A stretch of 64,000 nucleotides of DNA from an uncultured bacterium. GTDB taxonomy: Bacteria > Krumholzibacteriota > Krumholzibacteriia > WVZY01. Positions 31,300 through 40,778 of the stretch are shown here, piece after piece. The position numbers and the translations under genes are program-made. The DNA is taken from assembly GCA_964464035.1 (NCBI GenBank), contig CAYXEN010000002.1, positions 26,003 to 90,002 on the forward strand, in the 5' to 3' direction. Every line of letters starts with the position of its first letter. Positions within the stretch are counted from its first letter, which is position 1. The notes beneath the pieces were generated by a model. The model worked only from the letters and a program-made list of their open reading frames with translations, ran no database searches and had not been told where the DNA came from.

Positions 31300-32595
31300 A
31301 TGGAGTTATTGGAAAGAATCAGGAACAAGGACGCAAGATTGTGCGTCATAGGGCTCGGGTACGTCGGGCTGCCTCTCCTCGTCGAGTATGCCAAGGCGGG
31401 GTTCAATACGATCGGTATCGACATCCAGGCGGACAAAGTGGAGAGAGTCAACAAGGGTGAGAGTTACATCGCCGACGTTCCGTCTTCGATCCTCAAAGAA
31501 GTCGTGAGCGAGGAGAGGCTGAAAGCAACAACCGATTTCAGCGTGTTGAACTCGGTCGATACCATCAACATATGTGTTCCCACGCCTCTGAGGAAGACCC
31601 GCGATCCGGACATATCTTTCATCGTAAACGTGGTGAAGGAGATCAAGAAATATCTTCACGAGGGACAGCTCGTCATCCTGGAGAGCACGACCTATCCGGG
31701 CACGACCGAGGAAGTGATTCTTCCAATGCTGGAAGAAAGCGGTCTCGAGGTGGGAGAGGATTTCTTCCTGGCCTTTTCTCCGGAAAGGGTGGATCCAGGC
31801 AACAAGAAATACAACACGAAGAACATTCCCAAAGTGGTGGGAGGAATAACCCCCCGCTGCACGGAAGCCGCTTCCGAGCTCTATCGGGCCGCGTTGACGA
31901 GGACGGTTCCGGTCAGTTCGGCGCGAGTAGCGGAGACCGTAAAGCTGCTGGAGAATACTTTCCGGAGCGTCAACATAGGCCTTGTGAACGAGATAGCTCT
32001 GATGTGCAACAAAATGGATATCGACGTATGGGAAGTCATAGAGGCGGCCGCGACCAAGCCTTTCGGCTTCATGGCATTCTATCCCGGGCCGGGTCTGGGC
32101 GGCCATTGCATTCCGATCGACCCGTTCTACTTGTCTTGGAAGGCCAGGCTCAGCGGGTTCGAGGCGCGGTTCATAGAGCTGGCGGGCCAGATAAACGGCT
32201 CCATGCCCGAATACGTGGTCCAGAAGATCACGGACGCGCTCAACAGGCTCCGCAAGAGCGTCAATGGATCGCGCGTGCTCATCCTCGGCGTCTCCTACAA
32301 GGAAGACATAGACGATACGCGGGAATCGCCCGCTCTCGACGTGATAAGGCTCCTCCAGCAGAAAGGAGCGGAGGTGGTCTATCACGATCCCTTCGTTTCG
32401 CCCGGCGCCAAGGACCTCGAGGACATCGTCGGCATAGAGCTCACGCCCGATAGAGTCAAGAGCTGCGACTGCGCGGCCATCATCACGGGGCACTCCGGCG
32501 TCGATTATGGAATGGTGTTGGAGCATATTCCCGTGCTTGTGGATACACGGAATGTCCTCAAGGATTTTTCATCGGACAAGATCGTGAAGTTGTAG
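31300..32595 (+). CDS. Nucleotide-sugar (UDP-N-acetyl-hexosamine) dehydrogenase, TviB/WbpA/WecC family
   Basis: Start MELLERIRN with AAGAGG RBS. Rossmann VIGLGYVGLP, catalytic region ...GGHCIPIDP..., C-terminal UDP-binding domain. Confidence 0.85.
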   Translation: MELLERIRNKDARLCVIGLGYVGLPLLVEYAKAGFNTIGIDIQADKVERVNKGESYIADVPSSILKEVVSEERLKATTDFSVLNSVDTINICVPTPLRKTRDPDISFIVNVVKEIKKYLHEGQLVILESTTYPGTTEEVILPMLEESGLEVGEDFFLAFSPERVDPGNKKYNTKNIPKVVGGITPRCTEAASELYRAALTRTVPVSSARVAETVKLLENTFRSVNIGLVNEIALMCNKMDIDVWEVIEAAATKPFGFMAFYPGPGLGGHCIPIDPFYLSWKARLSGFEARFIELAGQINGSMPEYVVQKITDALNRLRKSVNGSRVLILGVSYKEDIDDTRESPALDVIRLLQQKGAEVVYHDPFVSPGAKDLEDIVGIELTPDRVKSCDCAAIITGHSGVDYGMVLEHIPVLVDTRNVLKDFSSDKIVKL

Positions 32596-32630
32596 ACAAG
32601 CATGGCCTGTGGAAACAGGAAGGAGTCCAG

Positions 32631-33578
32631 ATGTCCAGATATCTCGTGACCGGTGGAGCGGGGTTCATAGGCTCCAATATAGTGGCGGAACTCTTGCGCA
32701 GGGGCGAGCAAGTCAGAGTGATAGACGATTTCTCGACCGGCCGGCGGGAAAATATCGAGGAGTTCGCCGGCAAGATAGAGCTCATAGAAGGCGACATCCG
32801 CGACATGAAACTGGTCCGCGAAGTGATGAAAGGAGTGGATTTCGTCCTCCATCAAGCAGCGCTGGCCTCGGTTCAGAGAAGCATAGACGATCCCACGAGC
32901 TCGAACGAAGTCAACATCCAGGGCACTCTCAATCTGTTGGAGGCGGCCAGGCATGCGAAAGTGAAGAAGTTCGTTTACGCCTCTTCCTCCTCGGTGTACG
33001 GCGACAGCGAGGAGTTGCCCAAACACGAAGGTATGCCTACGAATCCGAAGTCGCCGTACGCGCTGACCAAGCTCACCGGCGAGTGGTACGCCCGCATCTA
33101 TGGGAACATCTTCGATGTGGCGACCGTGGGCTTGAGATACTTCAACGTTTTCGGACCCAAGCAGGACCCCAATTCGCAGTACAGTGCGGTCATCCCCATT
33201 TTCGTCAAGGCTCTCATGGAAGGCCGGCGAGCCACCATCTTCGGTGACGGGGAGCAATCACGCGATTTCACGTACGTCGAGAACGTCGTCAGCGCCAACC
33301 TCCTGGCCTGCTCCGCCGTTGCTCCCTCGGGGCGGGTGTACAACGTGGCCTGCGGAAAAAGATTTACATTGAATTTCCTGTATGAGAGACTTAGAGAAAT
33401 AATAGGCTCCGATATCGATCCCGAGTACGGACCGGAACGAATCGGAGACGTCAGACACTCGATGGCGTCGATCGATGCCGTGAAACGTGATCTCGGCTTC
33501 GAAGTGCTGGTTGATTTCGAAACCGGTCTCGAAAAGACGGTCGAGTGGTACAGGAAAGTCGAGTTCGCAGGCAGTTGA
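32631..33578 (+). CDS. NAD-dependent epimerase/dehydratase (UDP-sugar 4-epimerase, TviC/WbpP-like)
   Basis: VTGGAGFIGSN, YASSSSVYG...YALTK (SYK triad), about 315 aa. Confidence 0.85.
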   Translation: MSRYLVTGGAGFIGSNIVAELLRRGEQVRVIDDFSTGRRENIEEFAGKIELIEGDIRDMKLVREVMKGVDFVLHQAALASVQRSIDDPTSSNEVNIQGTLNLLEAARHAKVKKFVYASSSSVYGDSEELPKHEGMPTNPKSPYALTKLTGEWYARIYGNIFDVATVGLRYFNVFGPKQDPNSQYSAVIPIFVKALMEGRRATIFGDGEQSRDFTYVENVVSANLLACSAVAPSGRVYNVACGKRFTLNFLYERLREIIGSDIDPEYGPERIGDVRHSMASIDAVKRDLGFEVLVDFETGLEKTVEWYRKVEFAGS

Positions 33579-33614
33579 ACTCGACCGGATCCCGTTCCGG
33601 ATCGAGAGGAAGCA

Positions 33615-34589
33615 ATGAACAAAGCAGGTCTTCTGGGTTTTTCCCTTTTCGTTGCGGCGCTGAGCATGTCCGCCCCGTCCCGCCTCGGGGCGCAACAAGT
33701 CAATCTGCCGGATGATTACAGAGTGGGGACCGGGGACGTGATCTACATCCTGGTCCCGCAGCGTCCCGACCTGAGCCGCGAAGCGAAGATCGACAAGAAC
33801 GGGGATATCACCCTGCCGCTCGTGGGCAACGTCCGTGTCTCCGGGTTGACCGCGCGCGAGATGGAAGCCAGGCTCCTGCAGGCGATGCGCGAGTACTACC
33901 CGAGTCTGAGCGGTCTATCGGTGAGAATCCAGGAGGCGGTGAGCCAGATAATTTACGTGCTCGGCCAGGTGGGGAAACCCGGAAAGTACGCATTTCCCGC
34001 ATCTCCCAACCTGTGGGAAGCGATCCGGGAAGCGGGTGGCCCTACGGCCAACGCCTCTCTCGACAACGTGCGGATCGTGAAGGACAAGAGCAAGGGAGGA
34101 ACCAGCGAGGTGGTCAACGTCATGGAAGCCCTCGAGATGGCGTCGATAGACGATCTGCCCGAACTGGAGGGCGGCGATACGGTCGTCATTCCGGAAAGGG
34201 AGACGACTTATGCCGGGAGCTTCGGCGTGAACGTGTTCGGCTCCGTTCAACATCCCGGCATATACAGGCTGCAGGGGAGGCACGATCTCTTGAGCGCGGT
34301 TCTCCTGGCCGGCGGGCCGGCGGGCGGAGCCGCCCTGAATCACATAAAGATAATAAGGCCCGGGAGTGATGGGAACGTCGAGACGATCGAAGTGGATCTG
34401 GAAAAGTATCTCAAGGAAGGTGACCCGCTGTCCAATCCCAAGCTTCAGCCGGGGGATACGGTGCATATCCCGGCGCAAAACCGCATAGCGTTCCTGTTCA
34501 AGAACGACCTCGGATTCATCATGAACATCGTCACGACTGGTGTCACGGTCGCCGCTTTGATTGTAAGCGTAAAGTATTACCAGAGGTGA
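33615..34589 (+). CDS. Polysaccharide export protein (Wza-like periplasmic/OM component with SLBB domains)
   Basis: Signal peptide. YRVGTGDVIYI..P (Poly_export motif). Repeated soluble-ligand-binding beta-grasp-like segments. C-terminal hydrophobic helix. Confidence 0.8.
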   Translation: MNKAGLLGFSLFVAALSMSAPSRLGAQQVNLPDDYRVGTGDVIYILVPQRPDLSREAKIDKNGDITLPLVGNVRVSGLTAREMEARLLQAMREYYPSLSGLSVRIQEAVSQIIYVLGQVGKPGKYAFPASPNLWEAIREAGGPTANASLDNVRIVKDKSKGGTSEVVNVMEALEMASIDDLPELEGGDTVVIPERETTYAGSFGVNVFGSVQHPGIYRLQGRHDLLSAVLLAGGPAGGAALNHIKIIRPGSDGNVETIEVDLEKYLKEGDPLSNPKLQPGDTVHIPAQNRIAFLFKNDLGFIMNIVTTGVTVAALIVSVKYYQR

Positions 34590-34602
34590 TCACAGCACCG
34601 GC

Positions 34603-36282
34603 ATGAGAAAACTCACCGATGATACACAAGATAACTCCTCCAAGCTGAACCTCACCGAGATCTGGAGGGTCGCTTGGCGCAAGAAATACCTCCTCCTCGT
34701 TCCGCTCCTCATCCCTCTCGTGGTTACGCTGATCGGGGTTCGTTTCCTCGTACCCGTGTTCGAAGCGTCGAGCATCATCAGAATGGAGGACAAGAATCTC
34801 CTTACGCGGGAGATGGAAAGGTACATCCAGTTCCAGGACAGGCGCAGGATGCACGACAGGGAAGCGGAAGCCAGGATAAAGTCGGAGCTTGCCACGAGCA
34901 AGTTCCTCGACGAGCTCATCGACAGGTTGGGCATGGACAAGGATCCCAAGATTCTCAAGTGGGCGGAGAGGCAGAGAGCGAACCGCTTCCCGGATCTGTC
35001 GGTCAGGGAACTGGTTCACAGGAAGTTGCGCGGCAGGGTGAAGAAGACCATCAGCGTCGAAAGGGTCGGCCCCGGGATGTTCAAGATTTCGGCGTTCCAC
35101 TTCGATCCCGAAATCTGCTACGTAATCGCGAACGCCGTGACGGAGCTTTTCATACAGAACCAGAAGAAGAAGCAAATAGAGGGCCTTCAAGAGGCGAGCG
35201 ATTTCAGCGACGAACACCTCGTGCTATACAAGGAGAGGCTGGAGAAATCCGAGCAGGAACTCGACCGCTTCAAGAAGAAGATGAATCGTTTGAAGATGAA
35301 GGTGATCCCGGTCGGCGAGAGAAACCTTGGCTACGCCGAGACCCTGCTCAAGCAGATCGAGATCAAGATAAACGACGGCAGGGGGATCCTCGGCAAGATC
35401 GAATCCAATCTCGTCGCCCTCTTCGGTTCGGTGCCCAAGAGTTCAGTGCTCGACGGCGACGGGGAGCTTCGGAAAATACGCACCCAGTTGCTGGCCCAGT
35501 TCGAAACCCAGCTGCTCCTGGAGCTGGGAGCGAGAGGCGAGAAAACCGACGAACTTCGCGAGAGCGTAAGCGACATAACTTCGACCGGCGAAGCTCTTCA
35601 GAAGCGCCTGGCCGAGGTCGTTCCCCGTGCTTTTCCCGACATCTACAAGGATTACTATCCTCTGATCGTCGAGTTCTACTACCAGAAAACGATGGTTGAA
35701 GGCTACGAGAAGAAGAAGACGTCGCTCAAAGGCTACATAAACGATTACAAGCAGAAACTCGAATTGGAACCGCAGTGGGAAAGGCAACTCGCCAAGCTCA
35801 GGGAAGAAGTTCAGCTCAACAAGGACCTGTACAATTCTTTCCTGAAGGCCAAGACGTCAACGCAGATATCGGAATCGGCGCAGAACACGAATCTCGGGCT
35901 GACCATCGAAGTGGTTGAAAAGGCCCGCAAACCGATGTCTCCGGTTCGACCCAACAAACCCAAGATCATCATAATCGCCATCCTCTTCGGCGGTTTTCTC
36001 GGTGTAGGCAGTCTCATCGTTTCCGAGTTCGTCGATACTTCATTCCGGTCCGTCGAAGAAATCCAAAGAGAACTGGGGTTGAAGGTTCTGGGCACGGTTC
36101 CAAGGTTCGAGTTGAACGCCGAATGGGGGGAAAGAGGAGGTTTCCGGCGAGTGCTGGTATGGGTGGCGGCTTCATTGATCATAGGCGGCATAGCGATTCT
36201 GGGGTTCTACTATTACGGAAAATCTTCCACCGGGAATCGCATAGAGATCTACGCATCACAAAGGGTGGAGGATGTGAAATGA
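34603..36282 (+). CDS. Polysaccharide chain-length determinant protein (PCP, Wzz/EpsF-like; no kinase domain)
   Basis: N-terminal TM (KKYLLLVPLLIPLVVTLIGV), long periplasmic coiled-coil, second TM near the C-terminus (IIIIAILFGGFLGVGSLIV). Confidence 0.8.
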   Translation: MRKLTDDTQDNSSKLNLTEIWRVAWRKKYLLLVPLLIPLVVTLIGVRFLVPVFEASSIIRMEDKNLLTREMERYIQFQDRRRMHDREAEARIKSELATSKFLDELIDRLGMDKDPKILKWAERQRANRFPDLSVRELVHRKLRGRVKKTISVERVGPGMFKISAFHFDPEICYVIANAVTELFIQNQKKKQIEGLQEASDFSDEHLVLYKERLEKSEQELDRFKKKMNRLKMKVIPVGERNLGYAETLLKQIEIKINDGRGILGKIESNLVALFGSVPKSSVLDGDGELRKIRTQLLAQFETQLLLELGARGEKTDELRESVSDITSTGEALQKRLAEVVPRAFPDIYKDYYPLIVEFYYQKTMVEGYEKKKTSLKGYINDYKQKLELEPQWERQLAKLREEVQLNKDLYNSFLKAKTSTQISESAQNTNLGLTIEVVEKARKPMSPVRPNKPKIIIIAILFGGFLGVGSLIVSEFVDTSFRSVEEIQRELGLKVLGTVPRFELNAEWGERGGFRRVLVWVAASLIIGGIAILGFYYYGKSSTGNRIEIYASQRVEDVK

Positions 36283-36968
36283 AAGCTTCGGATATATTCG
36301 AATACTACGAGAGCGAATCTCCCATCGCCACGGAATTGCGAAGGCTGTATCACAATCTCACTACGCTCGACGGGGACAAGAAGAACAAGTCCTTTCTCGT
36401 TACGAGTTCCGAGAGAGGAGAGGGAAAGAGTACGATAACGTCCCATTTGGCGCTGACCGTGGCGCAGTTTCCAAGGAAGAAAGTCGTCGTGGTGGATGCC
36501 GATTTCAGGCGTCCGAGAATACACCAACTGTTCGGGTTGACCAATGCGGTGGGTCTCATAAGTTGCTTGCGTGACCTGAAGGACCCGATGAGCGTCGTGC
36601 AGGATACGAGGCTGGACAACTTGAAGGTCGTGACTTCAGGGGGATACAGCGAAACGCCGGCCCAGCTTTTCGAAACGGACGCCTTGACCGAATTCATGGA
36701 AAAGATGAAATTCTACTTCGACGTGGTGATCGTGGACGGCGCTCCCATACTTGCGGTCAGCGATACCTTGTTCTTGTGCAACCGGATCGATGCGGTCCTT
36801 TTCGTGGTCCTCGTGGGCCGCACGCCGAAACAAGTGGTCAAGCGCGCCAAGGAAATCTTGGTCGACTCCAAGGCAAACATCGCCGGCGTCGTCGTCAACA
36901 ACGCTTCGGAGGTTCTGCCGTATTACTACGACTACAAGTATTACGGTTACGGGCCCGACAGGGGTTGA
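36279..36968 (+). CDS. BY-kinase (CpsD/EpsG-like tyrosine autokinase ATPase), separate polypeptide
   Basis: Walker A SSERGEGKST, Walker B VVIVDGAP, C-terminal Tyr cluster YYYDYKYYGYG. Start ATG overlaps the PCP stop (ATGA). Confidence 0.8.
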   Translation: MKASDIFEYYESESPIATELRRLYHNLTTLDGDKKNKSFLVTSSERGEGKSTITSHLALTVAQFPRKKVVVVDADFRRPRIHQLFGLTNAVGLISCLRDLKDPMSVVQDTRLDNLKVVTSGGYSETPAQLFETDALTEFMEKMKFYFDVVIVDGAPILAVSDTLFLCNRIDAVLFVVLVGRTPKQVVKRAKEILVDSKANIAGVVVNNASEVLPYYYDYKYYGYGPDRG

Positions 36969-36995
36969 TTGCAAACGGACAGGTTTGATGATCAA

Positions 36996-38042
36996 ATGCG
37001 TGTTGCGGCCTTTCCTTCCCATCTAGAATCCAATCCCTATTGTGACCTCCTCTACGACAACCTGCGGGATCTCGGTGTGGAGCTCGCCGAAGAAATGGAG
37101 CCTTCTTTCCGCGATTTCTGGAAGCATCGTCGCGAAGTCGACGTTCTGCATTTCCACTGGATCGAAAGATACTACCGGCACTGGAGGGGAGGCTGGTTTT
37201 CACGGATGACGCTGATCAGATTCAAGCTGCTCATACTTTTCGCCCGCTTGCTGGGTTACCGGATAGTCTGGACGATGCACAACCTGAAGCCCCATGAACC
37301 GGCCGCCGGGCGTTTGGACGACGACGCAATAGCGTTCATGGCCGCGCACGCATCCACCGCGGTGCATTGCGAGAGGGCCAGGGAGCTTCTCGAGGAAAAG
37401 GCGGGGCTCGTTCGTACGGCGGTGATACCCCACGGCAACTACATCGGCTATTACCCGGTGCGTCATTCGCGGGAATCGGCGCGCAAGGAGCTCGGCATCG
37501 ACGGGGATAAAACGGTCTTTCTGTTCTTCGGAATGATCAGGATGTACAAGGGAATCGGTGAGCTCTGCGAATCTTTTCGCGCGGTCGGTGCCGGCGACGC
37601 CATGCTCCTGATAGCGGGCAAGCCGTACGAAGAGAGGGAAGAGGATTTCATAGACGCGGTGAGGGAGGAATTCACCGAAAGCGGCATCCGCTTCGTCTGC
37701 GATTTCATCCCGGACGATGAAGTGGCCAAGTATTTCCTCGCATGTGACTTCGCGGTTTTTCCCTATCGCAACGTGTTGACGTCCGGCTCGGTGATACTGG
37801 CCCTGGGATTCGGCAGGTCGATCATAGCTCCTCGTATAGGATGCATAGCCGAGCTCGAGGATGAGGGGGTCGGAATATTCTACGACCCCGAAGAGGAGGG
37901 AGGGCTCGAGCGGGCCATTCGGGCCGCCTTGCGGGTAGAAAGCACCGAAGAGATGGCGAGGAGAGCCCGCGATCTCGCGCGAGGGCTGAGCTGGCGAACG
38001 ATCGCGGAGGAGTATCTCTCACTCTACGGGCAGGGAGGTTGA
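36996..38042 (+). CDS. Glycosyltransferase, group 1 (GT4-like)
   Basis: C-terminal GT-B nucleotide-binding half (FPYRNVLTSGSVILALGFGRSIIAPRIGCIAE). Start uncertain: ATG 36996 vs TTG 36969. Confidence 0.7.
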   Translation: MRVAAFPSHLESNPYCDLLYDNLRDLGVELAEEMEPSFRDFWKHRREVDVLHFHWIERYYRHWRGGWFSRMTLIRFKLLILFARLLGYRIVWTMHNLKPHEPAAGRLDDDAIAFMAAHASTAVHCERARELLEEKAGLVRTAVIPHGNYIGYYPVRHSRESARKELGIDGDKTVFLFFGMIRMYKGIGELCESFRAVGAGDAMLLIAGKPYEEREEDFIDAVREEFTESGIRFVCDFIPDDEVAKYFLACDFAVFPYRNVLTSGSVILALGFGRSIIAPRIGCIAELEDEGVGIFYDPEEEGGLERAIRAALRVESTEEMARRARDLARGLSWRTIAEEYLSLYGQGG

Positions 38043-38084
38043 ACCATTCCCGGCGTTGCGGAACAAGCAAGCAGCAGTGTCGAT

Positions 38085-39377
38085 ATGAAGAGGGTTCTGA
38101 TCGTATCGTATCATTTCCCGCCGATCGTGAGCGCGGGCGTGCCCCGGATCAGATACATAACCAGGCACCTGCTCGCCGAGGGTTGGCGGGTCACTGTCCT
38201 CTCGGTGGAGAAATCCTACTGTGAAAAGAACGATCCGGACACTCTACGATGGATACCGCCGGGCGTCGAGATCGTCAGGACGGGATCCTTCGAGGTCGAT
38301 GTGATCGATCCCGGCAATGCCGCTTCGTCGCAAAACGATCGTGGCGGGTTTCTCGCCCGTCTGGCCTGGTTTCTTCGCAAGGTCGCGTACCGCGTCTTGT
38401 TCAGGTTCCTGGCTTTCCCCGACAGGCAGATCGGCTGGTTCGTGCCTCTTCTGGTGACCGCCGAAAGGCTGCTGCGTTCGAAGAGGTATGACGTAGTCCT
38501 GAGCTCCAGTCCGCCTCATTCGACGCATCTGTCCTTGTGGCTGCTGCGCAAGTTCCGGCACTTCAAATGGGTTGCGGACTTCAGGGATCCCTGGACGACG
38601 CCGTCTTTCTACTATCGCGGCGGGATATCGCGCGCCATCGCCGAGAAGATGGAACGGCTGGTGCTCAAAGGATGCGACGTGGTGATTGCAAACACGCAAG
38701 GCAACAAGAGGGCGCTGCTCGAAAAGTTTCCTTTCCTCGATTCCGAGGCGGTGGCCGTGGTAAACAACGGATTCGACGAAAAAGAGGAGATCGATTACGG
38801 AATAGATCCCGCCGACGTCGCCTGCGATTTTGTCTATACGGGCGAAGTCTATGAGGGCATGCTCGACCTGTACATCGAAGCCGTGGAACACCTGTTGCGA
38901 AATGGACTCGGGCCCGTTCCCAGGCTGTTCGTCTACGGACAAATGGATTCCGAATGCCTGGATCTGCTCGAGCGCTCGCCTGCGCGTCGCTATATCGAAT
39001 GGAAAGGCAGCGTGTCCTATGCACGCAGCTTGGGATTGATGAGAAAAGCCAATGCGCTGCTCCTCATCCTGCCGCATACCGAGAGGGGAAAGACATGGGT
39101 CCCAAGCAAGTTGTACGCCTACCTGTTCGCCGGCCGACCGATCCTGGCCATAGCTCCGGTCGGGGACGCGACGGATATAATAGCCAGAACCGGAACCGGA
39201 GTCGGCTTGACGAATCCCGACCCCGTCGATGTCGCCGGATCATTGGCGCATTTCGTCGATGAAATGCGGCGGGGAAGGCTGGATCTCGCGAGGAACGAGG
39301 AAGCGATAAGCGAATTCTCGGCATCCCGCGTGGCGGGTCGCATCGAGAAAATCCTGGCGAAAGCGAGCGGCCCATGA
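38085..39377 (+). CDS. Glycosyltransferase, GT4 family
   Basis: MKRVLIVSYHFPPIVSAGVPRI N-terminal GT4 signature. C-terminal EG...P region. Confidence 0.75.
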   Translation: MKRVLIVSYHFPPIVSAGVPRIRYITRHLLAEGWRVTVLSVEKSYCEKNDPDTLRWIPPGVEIVRTGSFEVDVIDPGNAASSQNDRGGFLARLAWFLRKVAYRVLFRFLAFPDRQIGWFVPLLVTAERLLRSKRYDVVLSSSPPHSTHLSLWLLRKFRHFKWVADFRDPWTTPSFYYRGGISRAIAEKMERLVLKGCDVVIANTQGNKRALLEKFPFLDSEAVAVVNNGFDEKEEIDYGIDPADVACDFVYTGEVYEGMLDLYIEAVEHLLRNGLGPVPRLFVYGQMDSECLDLLERSPARRYIEWKGSVSYARSLGLMRKANALLLILPHTERGKTWVPSKLYAYLFAGRPILAIAPVGDATDIIARTGTGVGLTNPDPVDVAGSLAHFVDEMRRGRLDLARNEEAISEFSASRVAGRIEKILAKASGP

Positions 39378-40774
39378 TGGAAAGACGCACGAAATCCATC
39401 GCTCTCATCACGATCGCTGCATCGACCCTGGCTGCGGCGTTCGCCCTGTTGTTGTTGCATTCGGTCAAGATAGGCGTCGCCGCCTATATCGTTGGAGTGG
39501 GAGTGGTGATGCTTCTCATGGAGCCGTTCGTCGGTCTGATAAACTACCTCATATTCCTGTACATTCGACCGCAGGAATTTCTGCCCGGCTTCGTGGGACT
39601 CCCGGTGATGCTCATGATCGGCGGTGCGACTTTCGTGGTCATGCTCATCAATCATGCGATGATGAAAAAAACGCTCGCCATGACGAAGGCGCCGCAGAAC
39701 ATCCTGATGTTGCTTCTCCTGGCCGCCATCGTGATGTCACATCTGAGTCATCTCTATTTGCACGCTGCGATCGATTCCGGACGTGCTTTCCTCAGTACGG
39801 TGGTCATGTATCTGCTAATAGCAAACCTCGCCCTGAGCGAGAGGAACCTGAAGATCACCCTGTACCTGATGACGATACTCACAGTGTTCATGGCTCTTCA
39901 GGGGATAAAACAATACTATACGGGCGTAGGCATAGCCGGCCAAACCCTGATTGAAGGCAGGATAAGGGGAATCGGGATCTTTTCGGACCCGAACGACCTG
40001 GCGCTGACATTCCTCATAGTGCTGCCTTTCGCGTTCTTCACTTTGATCGATTCGAGGAATCTCATGGTGAAGACGACCGCGGTGATCGCGATGGCGGTCC
40101 TCGTCTACGCCCTCTATCTTACCAATTCGCGAGGCGGATTCTTGAGCTTTGGAATGCTCGTGTTCCTGCTCTTCGTGCGTCGATTCGGCCTGATCCCGGG
40201 TCTTGCCGCCGGAGCCGCGATGTTTTTCGTGATGTTCGCGTTCGGTCCGTCCCGGATGTCGGAGCTGTCCCCCGAGGAGGCGTCCGCCTATGGGAGGATA
40301 GAAGCTTGGGGAAGAGGACTGGAAATGCTCCGCGCCAACCCGCTCTTTGGTGTGGGGCAGGGAAGGTTCATGGATTTTCACTTCCGCACCGCGCACAATT
40401 CGTTCGTGCTCTGCGCCAGCGAGTTGGGGCTCTTCGGATTCTACAGCTGGTTGACCTTGTTGTTGATATCGATGAAGAACATGTTCTTCGTCAGCCGCGA
40501 GGCGCGGGCCAACGGAATGCGGGAGAACGCCGTCATAGCGGATTCGATCTTCTTCGCATTCGTGGGATTCCTGACCGCAGCGTTTTTCCTTTCCCGCACC
40601 TACAACGATCTGCTCTATGTGCTCGTGGGATTGAGCGCCGCCGCGACGCAGGTTTTCGTCGCCAGAACCGGCGAGAAATACGTGCTCATGGACAGGAGAG
40701 ACCTGCTGCAGGGATTCGGGCTCATGGTCGGTGTTCTCGTCCTGCTGAAGATCATAGTCATGTTGTACTGGTGA
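39374..40774 (+). CDS. O-antigen ligase / Wzy-like polysaccharide polymerase family membrane protein
   Basis: About 12 TM helices with a large periplasmic loop. Central ...NSRGGFLSFG... and ...AHNSF... motifs resembling the Wzy_C/O-antigen ligase domain. Confidence 0.7.
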   Translation: MMERRTKSIALITIAASTLAAAFALLLLHSVKIGVAAYIVGVGVVMLLMEPFVGLINYLIFLYIRPQEFLPGFVGLPVMLMIGGATFVVMLINHAMMKKTLAMTKAPQNILMLLLLAAIVMSHLSHLYLHAAIDSGRAFLSTVVMYLLIANLALSERNLKITLYLMTILTVFMALQGIKQYYTGVGIAGQTLIEGRIRGIGIFSDPNDLALTFLIVLPFAFFTLIDSRNLMVKTTAVIAMAVLVYALYLTNSRGGFLSFGMLVFLLFVRRFGLIPGLAAGAAMFFVMFAFGPSRMSELSPEEASAYGRIEAWGRGLEMLRANPLFGVGQGRFMDFHFRTAHNSFVLCASELGLFGFYSWLTLLLISMKNMFFVSREARANGMRENAVIADSIFFAFVGFLTAAFFLSRTYNDLLYVLVGLSAAATQVFVARTGEKYVLMDRRDLLQGFGLMVGVLVLLKIIVMLYW

Positions 40775-40778
40775 AGAC

